A stretch of 64,000 bases of DNA, taken from contig OZ024744.1 in NCBI GenBank assembly GCA_964016885.1, positions 23,932,001 through 23,996,000 of the forward strand. The letters are read 5' to 3'. Below the pieces are notes generated by a model. The model worked only from the letters and a program-made list of their open reading frames with translations. It ran no database searches and had not been told where the DNA came from. The position numbers were made by a program, and so were the translations under genes. Below, piece after piece: positions 41,901-57,000 of this stretch. The DNA comes from Eledone cirrhosa. Lineage: Eukaryota. How positions within the stretch are numbered: the stretch's first letter is position 1; every line of letters starts with the position of its first letter.

Positions 41901-44900
41901 ATCTTAAGATAAAACTCGTTTTAACAACAGTTGAATCTTAAGAACTGACTCGTATTAACAACAATTGAATCTTAAGATAACATTGGTTTTAACAACAGTT
42001 GCATCTTAAGAACTGACTCATTTTAACGACAGTTGAATCTTAAGATAAACCTCGTTTTAACAACGGTTGAATCTTAAGAACTGACTCGTTTTATCAACAG
42101 TTCAACCTTAAGAACTGACTCATTTTAACAACAGTTGAATCCTCAAATAAAACTCGTTTTAACAACAGTTGAATGTTAAGAACTGATTCGTTTTAACAAC
42201 AGCTGAATCTTAAGATAAACTCGTTTTAACAACAGTTGAATCTTAAGATAAACCTCGTTTTAACAACAGTTTAATCTTAAGAACTGACTCGTTTTAACAA
42301 CAGTTGAATCTTAAGATAAAATTCGTTTTAACAACAGTTGAATCTTAAGAGCTGATTCGTTTTAACAACAGTTCAAACTTAAGAACTGACTCGTTTTAAC
42401 AACAGTTGAATCTTAAGATAAAACTCGTTTTAACAACAGTTGAATCTTAAGAACTGACTCGTTTTAACAACAGTTGAATCTTAAGAACTGACTCGTTTTA
42501 ACAACAGTTGAATCTTATGATAAAACCCATTTTAACAACAGTTGAATCTTAAGATTTAACTAGTTTTAACAACAGTTGAATCTTAAGAACTGGCTCGTTT
42601 TAACAACAGTTGAATCTTCAAATAAACCTCGTTTTAACAACAGTTGCATCTTAAGAACTGGCTCGTTTAAACAACAGTTGAATCTTAAGATAAAACCCGT
42701 TTTAACAACAGTTGAATCTTAAGAACTGACTCGTTTTAACAACAGTTGAATCTTCAAATAAAACTCGTTTTAACAACAGTTGAATCTTAAGAACTGACTC
42801 GTTTTAACAACAGTTCAACCTTAAGAACTGACTCGTTTTAACAACAGTTGAATCTTCAAATAAAACTCGTTTTAACAACTGTTGAATCTTAAGAATTGAC
42901 TCGTTTTAACAACAGTTGAATCTTAAGACAAAACCCGTTTTAACAACAGTTGAATCTTAAGAACTGACTCGTTTTAACAACAGTTGAATCTTAAGATAAA
43001 ACTAGTTTTAACAACAGTTGAATCTTAAGAACTGACTCGTTTTATCAACAGTTGAATCTTAAGATAAACTCGTTTTAACAACAGTTGAATCTTAAGTACT
43101 GACTCGTTTTAACAACAGTTGAATCTTCAAATAAAACTCGTTTTAACAACAGTTGAATCTTAAGAACTGACTCGTTTTAACAACAGTTCAACCTTAAGAA
43201 CTGACTCGTTTTAACAACAGTTGAATCTTCAAATAAAACTCGTTTTAACAACAGTTGAATCTTAAGAACTGACTCGTTTTAACAACAGCTGAATCTTAAG
43301 ATAAAACTCGTATTAACAACAGTTGAATCTTAAGAACTGACTCGTTTTAACAACAGTTGAATCTTAAGAACTGACTCGTTTTATAAACAGTTCAACCTCA
43401 AGAACTGACTCGTTTTAACAACAGTTGAATCTTAAAAACGGACTCGTTTTAACCGCAGCTGAATCTTATAAAACAACTCGTTTTAACAACAGTTGAATCT
43501 TCAGATAAAACTCGTTTTAACAACAGATGATTCTCAAGAACTGACTCGTTTTAACAACAGTTGAATCTTAAGATAAAACTCGTTTTAACAACAGTTGAAT
43601 CTTAAGAACTGACTCGTATTAACAACAGTTCAACCTTAAGAACTGACTCGTTTTAACAACTGTTGAATCTTCAAATAAAACTCGTTTTAACAACAGTTGA
43701 ATCTTAAGAATTGACTCGTTTTAACAACAATTAAATCTTAAGACAAAACCCGTTTTAACAACAGTTGAATCTTAAGAACTGACTCGTTTTAACAACAGTT
43801 GAATCTTAAGATAAAATTCGTTTTAACAACAGTTGAATCTTAAGAACTAATTCGTTTTAACAACAGTTCAAACTTAAGAACAGACTCGTATTAACAACAG
43901 TTGAATCTTATTATAAAACTCATTTTAACAACAGTTCAACCTTAAGAACTGACTCGTTTTAACAACAGTTGAATCTTCAAATAAACCTCGTTTTAACAAC
44001 AGTTGCATCTTAAGAACTGGCTCGTTTAAACAACAGTTGAATCTTAAGATAAAACTCGTTTTAACAACAGTTGAATCTTAAGAACTGACTCGTTTTAACA
44101 ACAGTTGAATCTTCAAATAAAACTCGTTTTAACAACAGTTGAATCTTAAGAACTGACTCGTTTTAACAACAGTTCAACCTTAAGAACTGACTCGTTTTAA
44201 CAACAGTTGAATCTTCAAATAAAACTCGTTTTAACAACAGTTGAATCTTAAGATAAACCTCGTTTTAACAACAGTTGCATCTTAAGAACTGGCTCGTTTA
44301 AACAACAGTTGAATCTTAAGAGCTGATTCGTTTTAACAACAGATGAATCTTAAGATAAACCTCGTTTTAACAACAGTTGCATCTTAAGAACTGGCTCGTT
44401 TAAACAACAGTTGAATCTTAAGATAAAACACGTTTTAACAACAGTTGAATCTTAAGAACTGAGCCGTTTTAACAACAGTTGCATCTTAAGAACTGGCTCG
44501 TTTAAACAACAGTTGAATCTTAAGATAAAACTCGTTTTAACAACAGTTGAATCTTAAGAACTGACTCGTTTTAACAACAGTTGAATCTTCAAATAAAACT
44601 CGTTTTAACAACAGTTGAATCTTAAGAACTGACTCATTTTAACAACAGTTGAATCTTAAGATAAAATTCGTTTTAACAACAGTTGAATCTTAAGAACTAA
44701 TTCGTTTTAACAACAGTTCAAACTTAAGAACAGACTCGTATTAACAACAGTTGAATCTTATTATAAAACTCATTTTAACAACAGTTCAACCTTAAGAACT
44801 GACTCGTTTTAACAACAGTTGAATCTTCAAATAAACCTCGTTTTAACAACAGTTGCATCTTAAGAACTGGCTCGTTTAAACAACAGTTGAATCTTAAGAT

Positions 44901-47900
44901 AAAACCCGTTTTAACAACAGTTGAATCTTAAGAACTGACTCGTTTTAACAACAGTTGAATCTTCAAATAAAACTCGTTTTAACAACAGTTGAATCTTAAG
45001 AACTGACTCGTTTTAACAACAGTTCAACCTTAAGAACTGACTCGTTTTAACAACAGTTGAATCTTCAAATAAAACTCGTTTTAACAACAGTTGAATCTTA
45101 AGAATTGACTCGTTTTAACAACAGTTGAATCTTAAGACAAAACCCGTTTTAACAACAGTTGAATCTTAAGAACTGACTCGTTTTAACAACAGTTGAATCT
45201 TAAGATAAAACTAGTTTTAACAACAGTTGAATCTTAAGAACTGACTCGTTTTATCAACAGTTGAATCTTAAGATAAACTCGTTTTAACAACAGTTGAATC
45301 TTAAGTACTGACTCGTTTTAACAACAGTTGAATCTTCAAATAAAACTCGTTTTAACAACAGTTGAATCTTAAGAACTGACTCGTTTTAACAACAGTTCAA
45401 CCTTAAGAACTGACTCGTTTTAACAACAGTTGAATCTTCAAATAAAACTCGTTTTAACAACAGTTGAATCTTAAGAACTGACTCGTTTTAACAACAGCTG
45501 AATCTTAAGATAAAACTCGTATTAACAACAGTTGAATCTTAAGAACTGACTCGTTTTAACAACAGTTGAATCTTAAGAACTGACTCGTTTTATAAACAGT
45601 TCAACCTCAAGAACTGACTCGTTTTAACAACAGTTGAATCTTAAAAACGGACTCGTTTTAACCGCAGCTGAATCTTATAAAACAACTCGTTTTAACAACA
45701 GTTGAATCTTCAGATAAAACTCGTTTTAACAACAGATGATTCTCAAGAACTGACTCGTTTTAACAACAGTTGAATCTTAAGATAAAACTCGTTTTAACAA
45801 CAGTTGAATCTTAAGAACTGACTCGTATTAACAACAGTTCAACCTTAAGAACTGACTCGTTTTAACAACTGCTGAATCTTCAAATAAAACTCGTTTTAAC
45901 AACAGTTGAATCTTAAGAATTGACTCGTTTTAACAACAATTAAATCTTAAGACAAAACCCGTTTTAACAACAGTTGAATCTTAAGACCTGGCTCGTTTTA
46001 ACAACAGTTGAATCTTCAAATAAACCTCGTTTTAACAACAGTTGCATCTTAAGAACTGGCTCGTTTAAACAACAGTTGAATCTTAAGATAAAACCCGTTT
46101 TAACAACAGTTGAATCTTAAGAACTGACTCGTTTTAACAACAGTTGAATCTTCAAATAAAACTCGTTTTAACAACAGTTGAATCTTAAGAACTGACTCGT
46201 TTTAACAACAGTTCAACCTTAAGAACTGACTCGTTTTAACAACAGTTGAATCTTCAAATAAAACTCGTTTTAACAACAGTTGAATCTTAAGAATTGACTC
46301 GTTTTAACAACAGTTGAATCTTAAGACAAAACCCGTTTTAACAACAGTTGAATCTTAAGAACTGACTCGTTTTAACAACAGTTGAATCTTAAGATAAAAC
46401 TAGTTTTAACAACAGTTGAATCTTAAGAACTGACTCGTTTTATCAACAGTTGAATCTTAAGATAAACTCGTTTTAACAACAGTTGAATCTTAAGTACTGA
46501 CTCGTTTTAACAACAGTTGAATCTTCAAATAAAACTCGTTTTAACAACAGTTGAATCTTAAGAACTGACTCGTTTTAACAACAGTTCAACCTTAAGAACT
46601 GACTCGTTTTAACAACAGTTGAATCTTCAAATAAAACTCGTTTTAACAACAGTTGAATCTTAAGAACTGACTCGTTTTAACAACAGCTGAATCTTAAGAT
46701 AAAACTCGTATTAACAACAGTTGAATCTTAAGAACTGACTCGTTTTAACAACAGTTGAATCTTAAGAACTGACTCGTTTTATAAACAGTTCAACCTCAAG
46801 AACTGACTCGTTTTAACAACAGTTGAATCTTAAAAACGGACTCGTTTTAACCGCAGCTGAATCTTATAAAACAACTCGTTTTAACAACAGTTGAATCTTC
46901 AGATAAAACTCGTTTTAACAACAGATGATTCTCAAGAATTGACTCGTTTTAACAACAATTAAATCTTAAGACAAAACCCGTTTTAACAACAGTTGAATCT
47001 TAAGAACTGACTCGTTTTAACAACAGTTGAATCTTAAGATAAAATTCGTTTTAACAACAGTTGAATCTTAAGAACTAATTCGTTTTAACAACAGTTCAAA
47101 CTTAAGAACAGACTCGTATTAACAACAGTTGAATCTTATTATAAAACTCATTTTAACAACAGTTCAACCTTAAGAACTGACTCGTTTTAACAACAGTTGA
47201 ATCTTCAAATAAACCTCGTTTTAACAACAGTTGCATCTTAAGAACTGGCTCGTTTAAACAACAGTTGAATCTTAAGATAAAACTCGTTTTAACAACAGTT
47301 GAATCTTAAGAACTGACTCGTTTTAACAACAGTTGAATCTTCAAATAAAACTCGTTTTAACAACAGTTGAATCTTAAGAACTGACTCGTTTTAACAACAG
47401 TTCAGCCTTAAGAAATGACTCGTTTTAACAACAGTTGAATCTTCAAATAAAACTCGTTTTAACAACAGTTGAATCTTAAGATAAACCTCGTTTTAACAAC
47501 AGTTGCATCTTAAGAACTGGCTCGTTTAAACAACAGTTGAATCTTAAGAGCTGATTCGTTTTAACAACAGATGAATCTTAAGATAAACCTCGTTTTAACA
47601 ACAGTTGCATCTTAAGAACTGGCTCGTTTAAACAACAGTTGAATCTTAAGATAAAACACGTTTTAACAACAGTTGAATCTTAAGAACTGAGTCGTTTTAA
47701 CAACAGTTGAATCTTAAGAACTGATTCGTTTTAACAACAGTTCAAACTTAAGAACAGACTCGTATTAACAACAGTTGAATCTTATTATAAAACTCATTTT
47801 AACAACAGTTCAACCTTAAGAACTGACTCGTTTTAACAACAGTTGAATCTTCAAATAAACCTCGTTTTAACAACAGTTGAATCTTAAGTACTGACTCGTT

Positions 47901-50900
47901 TTAACAACAGTTGAATCTTCAAATAAAACTCGTTTTAACAACAGTTGAATCTTAAGAACTGACTCGTTTTAACAACAGTTCAACCTTAAGAACTGACTCG
48001 TTTTAACAACAGTTGAATCTTCAAATAAAACTCGTTTTAACAACAGTTGAATCTTAAGAACTGACTCGTTTTAACAACAGCTGAATCTTAAGATAAAACT
48101 CGTATTAACAACAGTTGAATCTTAAGAACTGACTCGTTTTAACAACAGTTGAATCTTAAGAACTGACTCGTTTTATAAACAGTTCAAACTCAAGAACTGA
48201 CTCGTTTTAACAACAGTTGAATCTTAAAAACGGACTCGTTTTAACCGCAGCTGAATCTTATAAAACAACTCGTTTTAACAACAGTTGAATCTTCATATAA
48301 AACTCGTTTTAACAACAGATGATTCTCAAGAACTGACTCGTTTTAACAACAGTTGAATCTTAAGATAAAACTCATTTTAACAACAGTTGAATCTTAAGAA
48401 CTGACTCGTATTAACAACAGTTCAACCTTAAGAACTGACTCGTTTTAACAACTGCTGAATCTTCAAATAAAACTCGTTTTAACAACAGTTGAATCTTAAG
48501 AATTGACTCGTTGTAACAACAATTAAATCTTAAGACAAAACCCGTTTTAACAACAGTTGAATCTTAAGACCTGGCTCGTTTTAACAACAGTTGAATCTTC
48601 AAATAAACCTCGTTTTAACAACAGTTGCATCTTAAGAACTGGCTCGTTTAAACAACAGTTGAATCTTAAGATAAAACCCGTTTTAACAACAGTTGAATCT
48701 TAAGAACTGACTCGTTTTAACAACAGTTGAATCTTCAAATAAAACTCGTTTTAACAACAGTTGAATCTTAAGAACTGACTCGTTTTAACAACAGTTCAAC
48801 CTTAAGAACTGACTCGTTTTAACAACAGTTGAATCTTCAAATAAAACTCGTTTTAACAACAGTTGAATCTTAAGAATTGACTCGTTTTAACAACAGTTGA
48901 ATCTTAAGACAAAACCCGTTTTAACAACAGTTGAATCTTAAGAACTGACTCGTTTTAACAACAGTTGAATCTTAAGATAAAACTAGTTTTAACAACAGTT
49001 GAATCTTAAGAACTGACTCGTTTTATCAACAGTTGAATCTTAAGATAAACTCGTTTTAACAACAGTTGAATCTTAAGTACTGACTCGTTTTAACAACAGT
49101 TGAATCTTCAAATAAAACTCGTTTTAACAACAGTTGAATCTTAAGAACTGACTCGTTTTAACAACAGTTCAACCTTAAGAACTGACTCGTTTTAACAACA
49201 GTTGAATCTTCAAATAAAACTCGTTTTAACAACAGTTGAATCTTAAGAACTGACTCGTTTTAACAACAGCTGAATCTTAAGATAAAACTCGTATTAACAA
49301 CAGTTGAATCTTAAGAACTGACTCGTTTTAACAACAGTTGAATCTTAAGAACTGACTCGTTTTATAAACAGTTCAACCTCAAGAACTGACTCGTTTTAAC
49401 AACAGTTGAATCTTAAAAACGGACTCGTTTTAACCGCAGCTGAATCTTATAAAACAACTCGTTTTAACAACAGTTGAATCTTCAGATAAAACTCGTTTTA
49501 ACAACAGATGATTCTCAAGAACTGACTCGTTTTAACAACAGTTGAATCTTAAGATAAAACTCGTTTTAACAACAGTTGAATCTTAAGAACTGACTCGTAT
49601 TAACAACAGTTCAACCTTAAGAACTGACTCGTTTTAACAACTGTTGAATCTTCAAATAAAACTCGTTTTAACAACAGTTGAATCTTAAGAATTGACTCGT
49701 TTTAACAACAATTAAATCTTAAGACAAAACCCGTTTTAACAACAGTTGAATCTTAAGAACTGACTCGTTTTAACAACAGTTGAATCTTAAGATAAAATTC
49801 GTTTTAACAACAGTTGAATCTTAAGAACTAATTCGTTTTAACAACAGTTCAAACTTAAGAACAGACTCGTATTAACAACAGTTGAATCTTATTATAAAAC
49901 TCATTTTAACAACAGTTCAACCTTAAGAACTGACTCGTTTTAACAACAGTTGAATCTTCAAATAAACCTCGTTTTAACAACAGTTGCATCTTAAGAACTG
50001 GCTCGTTTAAACAACAGTTGAATCTTAAGATAAAACTCGTTTTAACAACAGTTGAATCTTAAGAACTGACTCGTTTTAACAACAGTTGAATCTTCAAATA
50101 AAACTCGTTTTAACAACAGTTGAATCTTAAGAACTGACTCGTTTTAACAACAGTTCAACCTTAAGAACTGACTCGTTTTAACAACAGTTGAATCTTCAAA
50201 TAAAACTCGTTTTAACAACAGTTGAATCTTAAGATAAACCTCGTTTTAACAACAGTTGCATCTTAAGAACTGGCTCGTTTAAACAACAGTTGAATCTTAA
50301 GAGCTGATTCGTTTTAACAACAGATGAATCTTAAGATAAACCTCGTTTTAACAACAGTTGCATCTTAAGAACTGGCTCGTTTAAACAACAGTTGAATCTT
50401 AAGATAAAACACGTTTTAACAACAGTTGAATCTTAAGAACTGAGTCGTTTTAACAACAGTTGAATCTTAAGAACTGATTCGTTTTAACAACAGTTCAAAC
50501 TTAAGAACAGACTCGTATTAACAACAGTTGAATCTTATTATAAAACTCATTTTAACAACAGTTCAACCTTAAGAACTGACTCGTTTTAACAACAGTTGCA
50601 TCTTAAGAACTGGCTCGTTTAAACAACAGTTGAATCTTAAGATAAAACTCGTTTTAACAACAGTTGAATCTTAAGAACTGACTCGTTTTAACAACAGTTG
50701 AATCTTCAAATAAAACTCGTTTTAACAACAGTTGAATCTTAAGAACTGACTCATTTTAACAACAGTTGAATCTTAAGATAAAATTCGTTTTAACAACAGT
50801 TGAATCTTAAGAACTAATTCGTTTTAACAACAGTTCAAACTTAAGAACAGACTCGTATTAACAACAGTTGAATCTTATTATAAAACTCATTTTAACAACA

Positions 50901-53700
50901 GTTCAACCTTAAGAACTGACTCGTTTTAACAACAGTTGAATCTTCAAATAAACCTCGTTTTAACAACAGTTGCATCTTAAGAACTGGCTCGTTTAAACAA
51001 CAGTTGAATCTTAAGATAAAACCCGTTTTAACAACAGTTGAATCTTAAGAACTGACTCGTTTTAACAACAGTTGAATCTTCAAATAAAACTCGTTTTAAC
51101 AACAGTTGAATCTTAAGAACTGACTCGTTTTAACAACAGTTCAACCTTAAGAACTGACTCGTTTTAACAACAGTTGAATCTTCAAATAAAACTCGTTTTA
51201 ACAACAGTTGAATCTTAAGAATTGACTCGTTTTAACAACAGTTGAATCTTAAGACAAAACCCGTTTTAACAACAGTTGAATCTTAAGAACTGACTCTTTT
51301 AACAACAGTTGAATCTTAAGATAAAACTAGTTTTAACAACAGTTGAATCTTAAGAACTGACTCGTTTTATCAACAGTTGAATCTTAAGATGAACTCGTTT
51401 TAACAACAGTTGAATCTTAAGTACTGACTCGTTTTAACAACAGTTGAATCTTCAAATAAAACTCGTTTTAACAACAGTTGAATCTTAAGAACTGACTCGT
51501 TTTAACAACATTTCAACCTTAAGAACTGACTCGTTTTAACAACAGTTGAATCTTCAAATAAAACTCGTTTTAACAACAGTTGAATCTTAAGAACTGACTC
51601 GTTTTAACAACAGCTGAATCTTAAGATAAAACTCGTATTAACAACAGTTGAATCTTAAGAACTGACTCGTTTTAACAACAGTTGAATCTTAAGAACTGAC
51701 TCGTTTTATAAACAGTTCAACCTCAAGAACTGACTCGTTTTAACAACAGTTGAATCTTAAAAACGGACTCGTTTTAACCGCAGCTGAATCTTATAAAACA
51801 ACTCGTTTTAACAACAGTTGAATCTTCAGATAAAACTCGTTTTAACAACAGATGATTCTCAAGAACTGACTCGTTTTAACAACAGTTGAATCTTAAGATA
51901 AAACTCGTTTTAACAACAGTTGAATCTTAAGAACTGACTCGTATTAACAACAGTTCAACCTTAAGAACTGACTCGTTTTAACAACTGTTGAATCTTCAAA
52001 TAAAACTCGTTTTAACAACAGTTGAATCTTAAGAATTGACTCGTTTTAACGACAATTAAATCTTAAGACAAAACCCGTTTTAACAACAGTTGAATCTTAA
52101 GAACTGACTCGTTTTAACAACAGTTGAATCTTAAGATAAAATTCGTTTTAACAACAGTTGAATCTTAAGAACTAATTCGTTTTAACAACAGTTCAAACTT
52201 AAGAACAGACTCGTATTAACAACAGTTGAATCTTATTATAAAACTCATTTTAACAACAGTTCAACCTTAAGAACTGACTCGTTTTAACAACAGTTGAATC
52301 TTCAAATAAACCTCGTTTTAACAACAGTTGCATCTTAAGAACTGGCTCGTTTAAACAACAGTTGAATCTTAAGATAAAACTCGTTTTAACAACAGTTGAA
52401 TCTTAAGAACTGACTCGTTTTAACAACAGTTGAATCTTCAAATAAAACTCGTTTTAACAACAGTTGAATCTTAAGAACTGACTCGTTTTAACAACAGTTC
52501 AACCTTAAGAACTGACTCGTTTTAACAACAGTTGAATCTTCAAATAAAACTCGTTTTAACAACAGTTGAATCTTAAGATAAACCTCGTTTTAACAACAGT
52601 TGAATCTTAAGAATTGACTCGTTTTAACAACAGTTGAATATTAAGACAAAACCCGTTTTAACAACAGTTGAATCTTAAGAACTGACTCGTTTTAACAACA
52701 GTTGAATCTTAAGATAAAACTCGTTTTAACAACAGTTGAATCTTAAGAACTGACTCGTTTTATCAACAGTTGAATCTTAAGATAAACTCGTTTTAACAAC
52801 AGTTGAATCTTAAGAACTGACTCGTTTTAACAACAATTGAATATTAAAAACTGACTAGTTTTAACCGCAGCTGAATCTTATAATACAACTCGTTTTAACA
52901 ACAGTTGAATCTTCAGATAAAACTCGTTTTAACAACAGATGATTCTCAAGAACTGACTCGTTTTAACAACAGTTGAATCTTAAGATAAAACTCGTTTTAA
53001 CAACAGTTGAATCTTAAGAACTGACTCGTATTAACAACAATTGAATCTTAAGATAACATTCGTTTTAACAACAGTTGCATCTTAAGAACTGACTCGTTTT
53101 AACGACAGTTGAATCTTAAGATAAACCTCGTTTTAACAACGGTTGAATCTTAAGAACTGACTCGTTTTATCAACAGTTCAACCTTAAGAACTGACTCATT
53201 TTAACAACAGTTGAATCCTCAAATAAAACTCGTTTTAACAACAGTTGAATGTTAAGAACTGATTCGTTTTAACAACAGCTGAATCTTAAGATAAACTCGT
53301 TTTAACAACAGTTGAATCTTAAGATAAACCTCGTTTTAACAACAGTTTAATCTTAAGAACTGACTCGTTTTAACAACAGTTGAATCTTAAGATAAAATTC
53401 GTTTTAACAACAGTTGAATCTTAAGAGCTGATTCGTTTTAACAACAGTTCAAACTTAAGAACTGACTCGTTTTAACAACAGTTGAATCTTAAGATAAAAC
53501 TCGTTTTAACAACAGTTGAATCTTAAGAACTGACTCGTTTTAACAACAGTTGAATCTTAAGAACTGACTCGTTTTAACAACAGTTGAATCTTATGATAAA
53601 ACCCATTTTAACAACAGTTGAATCTTAAGATTTAACTAGTTTTAACAACAGTTGAATCTTAAGAACTGATTCGTTTTAACAACAGTTCAAACTTAAGAAC
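32900..53700 (+). repeat. HOR domain III: 70-monomer (2,379-bp) HOR with deletion and insertion variants, ten marked copies
   Basis: Marker aagTactgac at 33311, 35588, 37967, 40346, 43097, 45306, 46495, 47889, 49078 and 51422 (spacings 2277, 2379, 2379, 2751, 2209, 1189, 1394, 1189, 2344). It travels with taaaactagtttta, aacctcaag and aaaacggac. Confidence 0.93.
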
Positions 53701-54009
53701 TGACTCGTATTAAGAACAGTTGAATCTTATTATAAAACTCATTTTAACAACAGTTGAATCTTAAGAACTGATTCGTTTTAACAACAGATGAATCTTAAGA
53801 TAAACCTCGTTTTAACAACAGTTGCATCTTAAGAACTGGCTCGTTTAAACAACAGTTGAATCTTAAGATAAAACACGTTTTAACAACAGTTGAATCTTAA
53901 GAACTGAGTCGTTTTAACAACAGTTGAATCTTAAGATAAACTCGTTTTAACAACATTTGAATCTTAAGAACTGACTCGTTTTAACAACAGCTGAATCTTA
54001 AGATAAAAC

Positions 54010-57000
54010 TCGTTTTAACAACAGTTGAATCTTAAGAACTGACTCGTTTTAACAACAGCTGAATCTTAAGATAAAAGTCGTTTTAACAACAGTTGAATCT
54101 TAAGAACTGACTCGTTTTAACAACAGTTCAACCTTAAGAACTGACTCGTTTTAACAACTGTTGAATCTTCAAATAAAACTCGTTTTAACAACAGTTGAAT
54201 CTTAAGAACAGACTCGTATTAACAACAGTTGAATCTTATTATAAAACTCATTTTAACAACAGTTCAACCTTAAGAACTGACTCGTTTTAACAACAGTTAA
54301 ATCTTCAAATAAACCTCGTTTTAACAACAGTTGCATCTTAAGAACTGGCTCGTTTAAACAACAGTTGAATCTTAAGATAAAACTCGTTTTAACAACAGTT
54401 GAATCTTAAGAACTGACTCGTTTTAACAACAGTTGAATCTTCAAATAAAACTCGTTTTAACAACAGTTGAATCTTAAGAACTGACTCATTTTAACAACAG
54501 TTGAATCTTAAGATAAAATTCGTTTTAACAACAGTTGAATCTTAAGAACTAATTCGTTTTAACAACAGTTCAAACTTAAGAACAGACTCGTATTAACAAC
54601 AGTTGAATCTTATTATAAAACTCATTTTAACAACAGTTCAACCTTAAGAACTGACTCGTTTTAACAACAGTTGAATCTTCAAATAAACCTCGTTTTAACA
54701 ACAGTTGCATCTTAAGAACTGGCTCGTTTAAACAACAGTTGAATCTTATGATAAAACTCGTTTTAACAACAGTTGAATCTTAAGAACTGACTCGTTTTAA
54801 CAACAGTTGAATCTTCAAATAAAACTCGTTTTAACAACAGTTGAATCTTAAGAACTGACTCGTTTTAACAACAGTTCAACCTTAAGAACTGACTCGTTTT
54901 AACAACAGTTGAATCTTCAAATAAAACTCGTTTTAACAACAGTTGAATCTTAAGAACTGACTCGTTTTAACAACAGCTGAATCTTAAGATAAAACTCGTT
55001 TTAACAACAGTTGAATCTTAAGAACTGACTCGTTTTATAAACAGTTCAACCTTAAGAACTGACTCGTTTTAACAACAGTTGAATCTTAAAAACGGACTCG
55101 TTTTAACCGCAGCTGAATCTTATAATACAACTCGTTTTAACAACAGTTGAATCTTCAGATAAAACTCGTTTTAACAACAGATGATTCTCAAGAACTGACT
55201 CGTTTTAACAACAGTTGAATCTTAAGATAAAACTCGTTTTAACAACAGTTGAATCTTAAGAACTGACTCGTATTAACAACAATTGAATCTTAAGATAACA
55301 TTCGTTTTAACAACAGTTGCATCTTAAGAACTGACTCGTTTTAACGACAGTTGAATCTTAAGATAAACCTCGTTTTAACAACGGTTGAATCTTAAGAACT
55401 GACTCGTTTTAACAACAGTTGAATCTTCAAATAAAACTCGTTTTAACAACAGTTGAATGTTAAGAACTGATTCGTTTTAACAACAGCTGAATCTTAAGAT
55501 AAACTCGTTTTAACAACAGTTGAATCTTAAGATAAACCTCGTTTTAACAACAGTTTAATCTTAAGAACAGACTCGTTTTAACAACAGTTGAATCTTAAGA
55601 TAAAATTCGTTTTAACAACAGTTGAATCTTAAGAACTGATTCGTTTTAACAACAGTTCAAACTTAAGAACTGACTCGTTTTAACAACAGTTGAATCTTAA
55701 GATAAAACTCGTTTTAACAACAGTTGAATCTTAAGAACTGATTCGTATTAACAACAGTTGAATATTAAGATAAAACTCGTTTTAACAACAGTTAAATCTT
55801 AAGAACTGACTCGTTTTAACAACAGTTGAATCTTAAGATAAAACTCGTTTTAACAACAGTTGAATCTTAAGAACTGTCTCGTTTTAACAACAGTTGAATC
55901 TTAAGAACTTACTCGTTTTAACAACAGTTGAATCTTATGATAAAACTCATTTTAACAACAGTTGAATCTTAAGATAAAACTCGTTTTAACAACAGTTGAA
56001 TCTTAAGAACTGACTCGTTTTAACAACAGTTGAATCTTAAGATAAAACTCGTTTTAACAACAGTTGAATCTTAAGAACTGACTCGTTTTAACAACAGTTG
56101 AATCTTAAGAACTAACTCGTTTTAACAACAGTTGAATATTAAGAACTGATTCGTTTTAACAGCAGTTGAATCTTAATATAAAACTCATTTTAACAACAGT
56201 TGAATCTTAAGATAAAACTTGTTTTAACAACAGTTGAATCTTAAGATAAACCTCGTTTTAACAACAGTTTAATCTTAAGAACTGAATCGTTTTAACAACA
56301 GTTGAATCTTAAGATAAAATTCGTTTTAACAATAGTTGAATCTTAAGAACTGATTCGTTTTAACAACAGTTCAAACTTAAGAACTGACTCGTTTTAACAA
56401 CAGCTGAATCTTAAGATGAAACTCGTTTTAACAACAGTTGAATCTTAAGAACTGACTCATTTTAACAACAGTTGAATCTTAAGATAAAACATCATTTTAA
56501 CAACAGTTGAATCTTAAAATAAAACTCGTTTTAACAACAGTTGAATCTTAAGAACTGACTCGTTTTAACAACAGTTGAATCTTAAGAACTGACTCGTTTT
56601 AACAACAATTCAACCTTAAGAACTGACTCGTTTTAACAACAGTTGAATCTTAAGAACTGACTCGTTTTAACAACAGTTGAATCTTCAAATAAAACTCGTT
56701 TTAACAACAGTTGAATCTTAAGAACTGACTCGATTTAACAACAGTTGAGTCTTAAGATAAAACTCGTTTTAACAACAGTTGAATCTTAAGAACTGACTCG
56801 TTTTAACAACAGCTGAATCTTAAGATAAAACTCGTTTTAACAACAGTTGAATCTTAAGAACTGACTCGTTTTAACAACAGTTCAACCTTAAGAACTGACT
56901 CGTTTTAACAACTGTTGAATATTCAAATAAAACTCGTTTTAACAACAGTTGAATCTTAAGAATTGACTCGTTTTAACAACAATTAAATCTTAAGACAAAA

